This document shows positions 50,686 to 62,200 of a DNA stretch of 64,000 nucleotides, one piece after another. Under the pieces are notes generated by a model, which saw only the letters and a program-made list of their open reading frames with translations, made no database searches and was not told the origin of the DNA. The first letter of the stretch is position 1; every line of letters begins with the position of its first letter. Source of the stretch: Blasia pusilla (taxonomy: Eukaryota); NCBI GenBank assembly GCA_050084515.1, contig CM114271.1, positions 35,030,001-35,094,000 of the forward strand. The letters are read 5' to 3'. The translations under genes were made by a program, and so were the position numbers.

Positions 50686-53600
50686 TCAAAGTGGTTTGTT
50701 TAAAATACTTCGCACTTCTTTGGGGGAGAGAACTAGTTGGTGGATTCCTACTCCTACCTCCGACTCTCTTAAAACTACCAGCAACACATAGTACATGTGC
50801 TCATAAGGGAAAAACCTTTTGCCAATTGTCTCTCTTTGGACAAAGTCATCACATGAACATGTGGGAAAGCAACAAATGTGCACCACATACACCCCTATGA
50901 CACTTGAATTTACAGTGTTGTTCCTGACTCAATACATCCTTCCTATTCCATTGCCACGCAGGACATCTTTCGTGGCGATGATCTCCATTTTTGCCTCCCG
51001 AGCTTATGCAATTCGCTTTGCTCTCTCCACCGTTGGCCTACACATTATGTTTCTCTTCACCCCATTTCTAGACTCAAATAGAAATAGTGGATTGAGATCA
51101 TCCACCTTCTCCGGGTACATGTTGACATCAATCTTGGGTTGAATACGAAATGCAAAGGTCTCTGTAATGCGAACATGCTCCGAACTTCCCCCGTCTACAA
51201 GTCTGAAACCGGCACTTGTAAGATTGTCCACTTCGTCTTGAGTGCAGATCGTACCTACATCGATGGGCCAAATCGTGGGGGTATTCCCCGAGCTCCAATG
51301 GCAGCCGGATAAGACTTCCGGAAAGCGCAAGATTCATTTGGGCAGAAGAAGTACTTCAATTGATCCCGAGTCCTCCTGAAACGATCAAAGGTTTTGAGTC
51401 CCCAAAACCAGCAAAGTGGTCGCCCGATCCTTGTCTGATTCTTATTTAGGAAAGTGCCGCATGCTCTCCTAATGCCATCAGATCCTGCCCTGCAGGTGGG
51501 TCCACATCAAGGGTTGCTCCGAGATATATACCACCATTTTAGGTTGCAATCCACCTCCATTACCGGAATCCCATATTGTTGAACCACCCTAGTGACCGGA
51601 TGTTGCGAACTTCCAGCAACGGAGGGCTTTTGAAATAAAACATTCAGTGATTTTGGAAAAGGGTCTCCATCACGGATTTGGGAGCGGTCCGGGGTTCCCG
51701 AAAACCAAGGCGGCGTAATTTTCTCATCCAAATCAATCACCGGATTCGTTCCTCGATGCTGCCTCTTCACCTCCCTGAAGTCAAGATACTTATCTGGTCT
51801 CCACGAGTCTCGCTCGGACTGCTCTACCACCATCTGTATGGGATGTCTTGAAACCCACCCACGAATATCCCCACCAATGTGTACGTCTTGCTTGAGGGGA
51901 GTTCCAGCTATGCACCGGTTGAAGGCTTCCACATACAGTTTTTCATCACCCGATCTCACAACCGCCCTCACATAGAGCTCGTAGATCGATGGCCCCCTTC
52001 CTTTTGTTATGCCTTTTATGAGGAAGAGATGGGATGCTGCAGACTGTAGCATTGCTCTTGCCTGGTCTTGTTGGCATGCCTCTACAAGTGAAATTTGTTG
52101 GCATGCTTGTGACGACCTCCAGGAGGAATGAACACTTTCTGCTCCACTTGTGTTGGGGCAGAGGGCATTTTCATGAATGTTCAATCCCTGCAACGATGGC
52201 AATGTTGGAAGGGAACGAAAATAGCTCAGGAGTCAAAGAAATAAGCTACCTATCGGAACCAAATAGGTTGCAAGGCCGAGGCATCCCATGAACGACTCTA
52301 CGATCCGTCGGGTTCCGACGTGTTGCAACCCTAAACCCACCTACTGCAACCCGTCAGATTCAGACGGGTTGCAAGAACGTGTGGCCAATCTTGAAGATCC
52401 AAGTGCAAGTCATCCGAAACCCATCTGGGTCAAACTATTTGCAGGCCTTGTATACAGGTTGCACCAAAATTCTGGATGCAACCCGTCGATTTCCGTTGGG
52501 TTGCACACTCGGGCAACCCGTTGCATCCGACAGCTTGCTTGGTTTCTTCGGTTTGAAATCCCTATAGTTCCCACGCTTCTCAACTTTACCTGCAACTTTA
52601 CAAACAATTCTCAGCATGAGCTTGACAAGACAAAATAGTGAACTCACCTACCGTATGAAGTTTCCCCATTGTCTCATACGTACAGTCCACCAACTCAACC
52701 AAGAGCACAAATCTTTGTACTTCCTCTCAATCGCATGCTTCCTCCACCACTCATGAAGTTCTTCTTGGCATTCCATGGCCTGTTTCAAGGTTTTGCTGTC
52801 CTTGCAGCGTTGGAGTAGAGTGACATGCTATATCCTCTTATTCTCCTTGATGCAAGATTTGGTGTTCCAGGTCACAGACTGTTGCCAATGGAAAGCATCC
52901 GACCTGTCCCTCTCCGGTTGAACCTCTCCACCCCAGAACACTTCCCAGATAGCAATCCACCCAGGTTGTGCATTTTCTGCCATGAACCCATAAATTTTTG
53001 GAGGTGGCCTTTTCTTTTCCTTCACCACCTCCAATAAGAATAACCAGCACATCTTCAAACTGCCAACGTCTTCTGCTTTTACTTCACAGAAAAATATAGT
53101 TTTGAGTCCCTTCTCCACATGGTCATAAAGGTGAGCACCCATTGTCAACCATTCGTTTAGCACTCTGTAGCAAATATCAAAGCTTACCCATCTGCCCTAA
53201 AGATCTTCCCCTTCCCTCATTCGATCTATAAGATCGAGGCCACTCGACGGACGTGTGGTTGACATTTTGAAGACATAGGCCCTGGATCCCTCGCCTCCTT
53301 GGCCCATGAACTGCCATCTCTGAATGAATGGAAATCTGGAGTTTGCCTTGATTTTGGCGATGGCATCCATTTCGGATGTCTTTCCATCCAGAACCCGTAC
53401 TTGATGCAGCAAATTCCGGAAGCATTCAGGATCAGCGAGAAATGCGAGATTTTCCCATAGTTGTTTCTCCTCAGCCGCCGTGATCTTACCCTCTCCAGGG
53501 ATTCCAAAAATTGTTCAAAAATTTGTGATGCTGTTGTGAGCTTGATCACTCCGGGATTTGAGACCGGAGAGTTTCTGTAGACCTCGGCAACTTTCTTCGC

Positions 53601-54657
53601 CACATCCTCCTTGATGTGTCTCTGAATTGCATCGGTCACAAGATGAGTGGGAGCCAACATGAACTGCGAGCCTTCTGTACTCTGACGTGGAGCCCAAGTC
53701 GTGGACAATGAAAAATATGTATGTAGGACATGCTCCAACGCAGAAGGGCGATGCCTGACGATGAGGACATCGATGGCCTCCCGGCGGTATGGTGGCACCG
53801 ACCTCGTATGGAGTTTCTGCATTCTTGGGGGGGAATTGCGACGTATTGACTCGCCCATTGCGCTCTAGATACAGGCATGCTGGACTTCTACACAACAAGG
53901 CTCCAACGCATTGGCGGTAGGAGAAAATCCAAGGACCATCTGGAATTGAAGCACTAGTGCGTTGAAGCCTGCACCATCGATGACAATCAGACTTTCTGTC
54001 CATACCCTTCAGGCGTCCTCCATCTTTCTTTTGAGCAGGAGCAGCAAGTGGAGGCAACTCAAAAATGCAATTACCATCGTACAAGGGCAGCAGCTCGTCG
54101 ACAAGAATGTGCTTGAACATTTTTAAGGCCAGAGACGATAGCAAACTATTGCCTGATACTTGCAAGAGGAACGAGTAGGCGGACAGAGGGCCCGGTTGGT
54201 GTCCGACAGATCCACTGAGGTTGATAACATCCGGAATCTCTTCAGGAAGAACAACATTGTTATGAGCGTGTGAAGTTGGAGTCGAAGCCCGATCTAATGA
54301 GCTAGGAGTTGCAAACGTAGAGCTCGGTGCACTAGGAAATTCTCGACCGTCTACTTGGGAAACAGAGGAATTCAGAGGCAAGACGTAAACTCTGTATTGA
54401 CCATTTGCTAGAGGTAGGAGATTCCATACTTAATGGTATGCAATCACTGGCTGGACTATCTCACCTATAATGTCCTCCGTAGCGTCCACCCTAACATCCT
54501 TGGATACAAAGATGGTTCCAATTTGGAGAAGAAATCGAACAGAGAGAAAATTTTCATCCACTGCTATGAAAGACTCACGAGCTTGCGGTCGAACGATTTC
54601 TGATTGAGGAAGGGCCACTAGATGACTGCCACAAGTGAGCTTCTCATAATTATCCAT
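50686..54657 (-). pseudogene. MULE-type DDE transposase with N-terminal Cys-rich domain and C-terminal SWIM finger
   Basis: CHRWC..RQCVGALLCRSPAC (Zn-binding); WVSFD..RV..W.T.GAHLYD; GFMAENAQ..W...DRSDAFHWQQS; after GT-AG intron 52647-52188, PNTSGAESVHSSW (third acidic residue); SWIM-like PTCSCDDF...FFPYEHMYYV at ~50790-50865; stops and frameshifts. Confidence 0.78.
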
Positions 54658-55109
54658 TCCCTGAAGATTCCACCAGGAGGAGACTGAGAATGAGAATGAG
54701 AATTTTTAATTTATAGTGAATAGGAACTCAGATTCTCCTGACAGAATTTGACTGACAAGATGAAGTTTGGTAGGTGAAAATTTCTGACACAATGGATTCA
54801 ATTTTGTTGCAACCTGTCGGAGTCATGTGGGTTACAGAATTTGGGAATCAGAGACGTGGGTTGCGAAGCACACTTCATTTTGTTGGAACCCGTCGAAGTC
54901 CGTTGGGTTGGTACCCCCTTCTTGCCGACCAAAGATCTTTTGAGGCAATTTTGCTATCATCAAACACAAGATATCGCTTGCTTATGCTAGGGAAACTAAT
55001 CGTTGGGGACTTTTGCAGGATTGTCCAACTCAGGGTACATCTTGTGACCCGTCGGATTGCAATGGGTTGCCTCGGAAAATACGTTGTTGCATTGTTTCCC
55101 GAGGGATAG

Positions 55110-55810
55110 GAAAGCGTGCAACCTGTCGATAACCGACGGGTTGCCTTGGTACCTTGCCTATTAACCCAAAATAAGCGAAGCATGCAACTCATCGGCTTCA
55201 GACGGGTTGCACGCTTCTGCCTCACCTTGTAACGCAAACATGAACGAAGCGTGCAACCCGTCGCTCTCCGACGAGTTGCGTGGGTACCGCGCCTTCTTGC
55301 TCAAAGAAGGCGGAGGCGCGCAACCTGTCGGCCTCAGACGGGTTGCACAATTATCTCACGGTGTAACACTTACATTAAGGAAGCGTGCAACCTGTCTATT
55401 TCCGACGAGTTGCGCGGGTGCCGTACCTTCTTGCCCAGAGACGGCGAGGCGTGCAACCCGTCGACCCCAGACGGGTTGCCCAAGGGCCTCGCCTTGTTTC
55501 GCTTACATGAAGGAAGCGTGCAGCCTGTCGGACTCCGACGAGTTGCACGGGAAGCCCGCATTGTTATCCCTTGACGAGGGAAGCGTGCAACCCAACGGTC
55601 TCCGACGGGTTGCGTGGGTACCTCGAGTTCTTGTCCGAAGACGGCGGAGGCGCGCAACCTATCGGTCTCCGACGGGTTTCTCGGGCACCTCGCATTCTCG
55701 TCCCAGGACGGCGGAGGCGGGAAACCTATCGGTCTCGGACAGGCTGCCACGAGGACGGATGCCTTGAACCCTCGGGAAGTGTGCAACCCGTCGAAGCCGT
55801 CGGGTTGGTG
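55110..55810. repeat. ~67-bp-period tandem array, each unit carrying the 27-bp palindrome, in the divergent promoter region
   Basis: Palindrome starts at ~55118, 55184, 55253, 55320, 55387, 55453, 55520, 55587, 55654, 55721, 55783. Confidence 0.9.
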
Positions 55811-55896
55811 TTTTTCATGTCCAGACTTCCGTAACGGCCGGCACGTCGCCATCGGAAGGACGATGCGACCCAACGGTCAGCCCAACGGCTCGAAAA

Positions 55897-55906
55897 GTAT
55901 ATATAG
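55897..55906. promoter_or_regulatory. TATA-like element between the palindrome array and the ParB-MTase gene
   Basis: gtatatatag, ~280 bp upstream of the ATG at 56185. Confidence 0.5.
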
Positions 55907-56006
55907 GGGAGAAATCGCTCATTTTCGGTTTTCCATTTCGCGATTTGAATTGCTCTCCCGCGCAGCAGCTGACCAGATACCCAAGGGCGCTTTACACGGC
56001 GACTCA

Positions 56007-56096
56007 TCGCGAGACGATTGGAGCAAACGATTGCGAGACGATACGAGCAAACGATCGCGAGACGATTCGAGCAAACGATCGCGAGACGATTCGAGC
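56007..56096 (+). repeat. 24-bp tandem repeat, ~3.7 copies (TCGCGAGACGATTCGAGCAAACGA), in the putative 5' UTR
   Basis: Units start at 56007, 56031, 56055, 56079. Confidence 0.9.
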
Positions 56097-56184
56097 TATC
56101 CATCAAGGCGACTCATCTTGATATCACCAAGGCGAGTCATCAAGCAATTCATCGTGTACATAGGAAGAGGCATTTCCGGGAAAA

Positions 56185-59100
56185 ATGACGAGGAAAAAAT
56201 CTCAAGTGAACAAGGCTGGGAGCTTCACTCCCAAGCCCATGAGGACTCCTGCATCACCATCTCCAGGGCCTCGTTCGGCCAATGAGATAAGGCAGCAAGA
56301 AATCGAGGAGCGGGAAAGGGAAGCGGAGATGCACAAGCAGGAGCTTCTTGGAAAACGTGTACAGGAGGCGCTCAAAAAAAAGAACGTAGAGGCTGAGGCG
56401 TCGCAGGCCTAGAAGAAAAGGGTCGTCGAAGAAAAGCGAGAAAAGAAACGTCTGGACGCGTCGGTGAGGAGATTAGAATTGGCTAAAGCGAGGAGGGAAA
56501 AAACAATAGCCATTGACGAAAGCCCTGCCCGTCCAACCGAAAGTGTTGAGATGCAAGAAATGTCCCCGATGAAGTCTTGGGACACAATCAATATAGCGGA
56601 AATGGCCCAAGTTCAAGTCACGGACGATGAGGTCATGAGGACCACCAGCGTGGAGATTGTGGACATCGCTGAAGAAGCAAGAGAGCGGTCATCCTCGTCT
56701 CTAAGCCCGGCGGAAGAAATTGACCTCTATCGGACTGAAAATTTTCTAGTGGACTTGCCAGCTGCTGTCCTAGAGCAAGTGGTTGGCCAAGACACCGAAC
56801 CAATCTTCGAGCGGGTAAGAGAGGATCTGTGTTCTTTGAATTATGTGAAGGCCCATGTTGCAATTCATTTGCAATTCAGTGTAGCTTATTGATCTTGTCC
56901 CCGTTGTGACAAGTGATAAAGCAGATGGCACTGATGGAGGGCCACAATGCCCCGAGAATTCCACTTTGCCAATTGCGGACAATGGAGTACGTCCGCGAAA
57001 TTCAGTCTAACAAGGATATTGCGAAGCTCAAACAATCGGCGGCAACACCATCCTACGTCGACAGCTTCCCTCCGTTCTATGTTCAGCCTTGCGATGACCA
57101 TGGAACCCAAGCGCTGGTTACGGAGGAGGACTTGGAATCGCTCGACACATTCTGGAGGATGAGAGATCAGGAATTCAGAAGGGCGATAGAGGGGATGGTA
57201 TTCAGCTGGATGAGGAACCTGTATTTCTTCATATGGGATGGAAATCAGAGATTCATGGCGTGGACCCAGTTTGCAGAGGCGCGCCCAAACTCATTGGAGG
57301 CACATTTTTGTGTGAAGGCAGTGGTGCTACATCCATACCCTCATCACATGGCGATGGTGGAGATGGCCATGCATGCCATGAACACGTAAGTTTCCTCTTG
57401 CTGCAAACCGTCGGACTCCGACAAGTTGTTTGAGTCGCCACTATTTTTGGGATGTTTTAACCGAAAGCAACTTGTCGGACTCCGACGAGTTCGACGACAG
57501 ACCACAGGTTTAGGATGTTTTTGGGCCAAAGCAACTCGTCGGAGTCCGACGAGTTGCTTGACTGGCCGCATTCTTTGGATGTATTTTGAAGAAAGCAACT
57601 TGTCGGAGTCCGACGAGTTGCTCGACTCGCCGCATTTTTTGGATGTTTTTGCCCCAAAGCAACTCGTCAGAGTCCGACGAGTTGCTCGACTGGCCGCATT
57701 CTTTGGATGTATTTTGAAGAAAGAAACTCGTCGGAGTCCGACGAGTTGCTCGACTTGCCGCATTTTTTGGATGTTTTTTGAAGAAAGCAACTCGTCAGAG
57801 TCCGACGGGTTGCTTGACTCAAAGCTGTTTTTGGATGTTTTTTGATGTTTTTGGCCGAAAGCAACTCGTCGGAGTTCGACAGGTTGCATTCGAAAGTTGG
57901 GAGCTACATTTTTGGCGTCAAATTGCAACTTTCAATGAAATTGCGCAACCTGTTGGACTCCGACGGGTTGATATGTTCACTTTTTTCGCGGTAACCACTA
58001 TGTAAATACAGACTATCTAACAACCGTCGGAGTCCGACGGGTTGAAACTAGGCAATCACAAATCTGAATGCAATCCGTCGGACTCCGATGGGTTGCAAAA
58101 TTTAGCTCGTTGCTACAATCCAACCATGAGCTGTGACGACCTGTCGGAGTCCGACGGGTTGCAGGAACCCAGGTACCTTACAAAATTTCTTATATTGAGT
58201 TTGGATGTGCAGGATTGTATCGGAGGGGAATGTCACCCACCACTGGATCCAGGATTGCGATCGGGTGAAGAAAGTGCTAACGACGCACCCGGCATAGTAC
58301 AAGGGGTTCTTGGGCGACGCCCTTGTAAATGAGATGCTGGCAAAGGGTGCACAAATCAAAAAGAAGACTTGGGCAAATAAATTTATTTCCCAAGATGCAG
58401 CCGTCACAATCCTTTGCTCGTCAAAGATACAGGCCGCCAAGAAGAGCAAAGCATTGGAGCTGGAGCGGAGGGAGAAAGTGTCTATGTTTGAGCGTGCAAA
58501 ATTCATCCAAGCTGCAATATCTGCAGCTACGAAGTACACTGCAAGCAAGATGCAGCGCTACATCGCCATTCTCAACCCCGAACTTGGTCCCGATTTCTAC
58601 AAGGAGCTGAAGGCGATAATCAAGCGCCAGCGAAAAGGGATGAAGATCCGCAAGGTCGGATTGGGGAGAAAGTGTCTCTCGATCGCGTGAATCGATTTGC
58701 CTTGTCTGGAATAAGAAAATTTAGGAGAATACGACTGATGAAAATCAGTCTCGAGGGCACAAAGGCCATAAAGAGGGCGGCACACCATCCTCCGGGTGTC
58801 TCTGATCCAGTGATCTCCCATTGGCTCCGTGAATGGTCATTCTAGGACGCGTTGCGGCTTCTTGGGAAGTTCACGCTTGTGGGTCTCCAAGCGGAGCTGA
58901 AAAGAATAGAGCCACTTCCGGAGGAAAAAAACCTAGAGAGTGCTGATGATTTTGAACTTTGGCTGGATGACATCCGGGACAAGCCCATAAAAAACCCAGG
59001 ATTAAGGACGATGTTCAAGGAACGCATCCTCCCTCAGGCAGACTTTGACGAAAAAATGAGGCGAAAAAAAGGGATTTCGCAAAGAAGAAGTGAGATCTTC

Positions 59101-61027
59101 AGGAGCAGGAGGCCGATGCATCTCGACTAAGAGTTGCCCAACGCATGGTGTTCAGATACCTCATCCATTGTCAGAATGCAGGTACATGGCGAAAAATACC
59201 TGCAGCCTGCAAATTGTGGGCTTCTCCGCTTGATGGAGAGACATTTTCCATGTACGACACGGAGATGGCTCAAAGCATGTCCGATTGGGAGGTGGAGAAT
59301 TGCCCTATTTGGCTGGACTTCAATGACCCTAAGGACATAACCGAGAAAGATCTACGTCTGCTTTATGATGCACTGGCCGCAAGTAGGAACGACATCCCCA
59401 ATTTTGTGCAGCCTGCAGACTTTTTCGGAGGAGATGCGGAAGAGCAAGCCCTCGAGACAGCGGAGTTGGCGTCCAAGGTCCACACAGCCAAAGACAAATC
59501 TACAGCGGGTCTCAAAGGCAAGGCAAGGGGATCGAAGAATTCCGAGGCCGAGTCTTCCCAAAGAGAGGCTGAAGATTGAAGGCGAGAGCCGGAATCGTCC
59601 GGGCGAGTGGGGAGAGAGGGTCAGACCAGGTCCTCCGCAAAAAAAACTCCACCTGACTTATAGAGACCCCAACAAGCCGACCGCAGACTCGGGAGAAGCA
59701 GAAGCGAGAGGCGCCAGGGTTGTCCCAAGGAGCAGACTAGGATGTGGAATACAGTCCATCATCCTTGGGAAGATATAGAGAAACAATGACCCAGAAAAGC
59801 GTCATCCTTCACTTCACGAATCTACTTGATGAGATGAAAAGTTTCAATTCCCAAGCGTCAACACACGCCATCGAGAAATTGACAACGCTGGGACGAAAGC
59901 TTCAACGAAATGGGCACGCTCCCTGGACGGTCCATGGGATGGTCGAAGAGGTGGCGGTGGATCTCTTGGTCGCTAATTTGCCCTCGGGGTTGCGCTTGTG
60001 GGACGAGAATCCGTCCGACGGGGTCCCAGACTGGAATGTCGCCCTTTCTTATGACCCGATCGCGCTGCTGTTTTCCTTTGCAGACGCTTATCTCAATGAC
60101 AGGGGTTGTTTCTTAGTTTTGACTGGAGGAAGCAAGGACAAGCTTTTCAACCTCCAATGCGTCAAGAGGTTGCTGAAGTGGAGGACGGTGCAATCGTGGA
60201 TCATCAAGAACGAGTACCCATTCCGATCCGCGACGAGTCAAATTCGGGTAAGGCTCTATTCCTGTCTCCAGATTGTATTTCTTTGACGGATTGTTTTTGT
60301 CCATGAGCAACCCGTCGCATTCCGACGGGTTGCTCATGGACAAAAATAACCCGTCGGACTCCAATACGTTGCTCCAATGTTAGGATTATAGCGAAGTTCT
60401 CTGGGGTTAAGAAAAGTTCTTTGGGGACGTGTTGCACATTATGTCACTATACTGAAAGTAGACCAGTGGTCAAGTAGCTCTTTCTTGGTGCTGACATTGT
60501 TTCCAACGTGCATCTTTACAGATGGACCACTCCTATGTTTAGTGCTTTGTTCGGCCGGAGCACAACTTCCAGGTGTTTAAGATCGTGGATCCATGCTCCA
60601 ATGCGTACAACTAAGATAATTTATACAATCCCTCCCCCCGGGAATTTACATGCAAGACGGTACCCCCTTACTTGGAGGAAGGGAAAAGTCGCCAGCCCTG
60701 ATGCAAACGCTCGTCGAGCTCTGCTCAAGGCCGGGTGACCTGGCGTTCGACTTAGTGGGGCTTTGAGGGGCGAGTATCAGAGGCGTCTGGCATAGTGGCA
60801 GGAACATTCTCTGCCTTGAGGGAAGGCAGCAATTGTTTGACCTTTGCAAGGAGGTAAGGGCAGATTACGACAGGCTAGTTGGGGCGTATAACTCTCCTCC
60901 AAAGCCGAGAGCTCCGGTTCCAAACCCACCATTGGTAGTGACACCATCGTCACTTCCCACGATTCCAAAAATCGGGAGGGCAAGGCCGACAATAATTTTA
61001 CAAGAGCTATCGGACGATGACGAGTGA
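56185..61027 (+). pseudogene. Multi-exon gene: coiled-coil N-terminus, ParB/Srx-like domain, C-terminal beta-class N4C/N6A DNA methyltransferase-like domain
   Basis: Introns 56815-~56912, 57386-58212 (GTAAG...TGCAG, splices in frame as AMNT/IVSEG) and 60248-60521; ParB-like FFIWDGNQRFMAW (~57225-57263); VDLLVANLPSGL (~59957); REKSPALMQTLVELCSRPGDLAFDLVGL*GASIRGVWHSGRNILCLE (60680-60820, outside the listed ORFs). Confidence 0.75.
57403..58162. repeat. Intronic array of ~12 palindromes; 64-bp period over 57403-57813 with a 128-bp higher-order unit
   Basis: GCAACTCGTCGGAGTCCGACGAGTTGC and variants at 57403, 57467, 57531, 57595, 57659, 57723, 57787, 57861, 57945, ~58018, 58070, ~58136. Confidence 0.93.
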
Positions 61028-61069
61028 GTTCAAAGAACTCAAGGACCCAGCTTGACTACAGCGTTTGGA

Positions 61070-62200
61070 GTAGGGATTTATTTGATGAGGAGGGCAAAAG
61101 AATTCATAGAGTAGATCAAATGAATAGTTCCGAGCTTCTTTCGGATGTAATAAAGGACAAGATTTTTTGAACGATGGTGGTGTTTCTAAAAGTTTGCTGA
61201 ATATCTTTTATGTCTTTTCGAATGTGATCGTCTATGCACTCCGTGGACTTCTATTTTGCAACCCGTCGGATTTCCACGGCTTGCAACTTTTCACTTTTTG
61301 ACCACTGCACCTTTTTAACCACTTCCAGGAAACCTGTCGGATTCCGACAGGTTGGTTGCGTGAGTGATCGGACTCTTTCCCTGTTGGTCCAACTTAAGAG
61401 GCAGTCTGGCGGGCTTCTTCACTTTGGCACCTTTCCCTAGTATCATCAAACAAGGCGTAGGCTTCTTCTCTTCTCTCAGACGTGTTGGATTCCTACTACC
61501 TGTGGGATTGCCATCACGGTATTACTAAGGACGGAGCACATATTGATATAGGATGGGTGTCACATTGCAAAGCGTACAAGATATACTGCCGAGGAAGGCG
61601 GTGGGACTCAAATTAGGTTACATGGGACCATTATGGTGTACCTAGGGGGGGCCAAGGCTCTCGAATTCGCCAACATTTTTGATCCCTGTCTACAATCGGC
61701 CAGAGGAGCCACTTGTATCCCAGGACATTCTTTTTGTACAGGAACCTAGGAGAGTTAGGAGTAAATTTGTAGATGACGAGGCTGAAGAAATCATAGACTA
61801 GATCAAATGTATATTTTCGAGGTTCCTTCGGAGGTAATAAAGGACGAGATTTTTTCAACCGATAATGGTGTTTGTAAAAGTTTGTTGGAAATTTTTTGGA
61901 CTTGTGGATTGTGTTCTTTTAGCTACTCAGAATTACAATTTTGCAACCCGTATGATTCCGACGGGTTGCAACTTTTCGCTTTTTGCCCACTGCAACTTTT
62001 TAACCATTTCTAGGCAAGCTGTCCGATTCCGACAAGTTGGCTGCTTAAGTGATCGGACTCTTTCCCTGTGAGACCAACTTCTGACGCATTGTGGCGGGCT
62101 TCTTAACTTTTGGCTCGTTCCCCTACATTCGTCAAACCAGTTGTAGGCTTCTTTTCTTGTCTAAGATGTGCAAGATTCCTACTACCTGTCGGATTGCCAT
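61070..62200 (+). repeat. Diverged ~450-bp direct duplication (about 61070-61520 and 61755-62200) carrying palindrome copies
   Basis: Shared blocks tcataga(g/c)tagatcaaatg, taataaaggac, ttttgcaacccgt, gtgatcggactctttccctgt at ~685-bp offset. Confidence 0.8.

Noticed and set aside
57403-57890. CRISPR-like array (27-bp palindromic repeat with ~37-bp spacers)
   Set aside because: The spacers are homologous to each other and alternate as a 128-bp unit, the array lies in a GT-AG intron, and no cas genes are visible. It is a tandem repeat.
55207-58005. ORFs overlapping the palindrome arrays (e.g. 55207-55767, 55614-56285, 57344-57928)
   Set aside because: Their repetitive peptides (NPSDSDGL, VGLRRV) are translations of the DNA repeat, open on both strands because of its symmetry.
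56185-61027. Bacterial contamination or a plasmid parB/restriction-modification locus
   Set aside because: The gene has spliceosomal GT-AG introns that restore the reading frame and is embedded among plant transposons.
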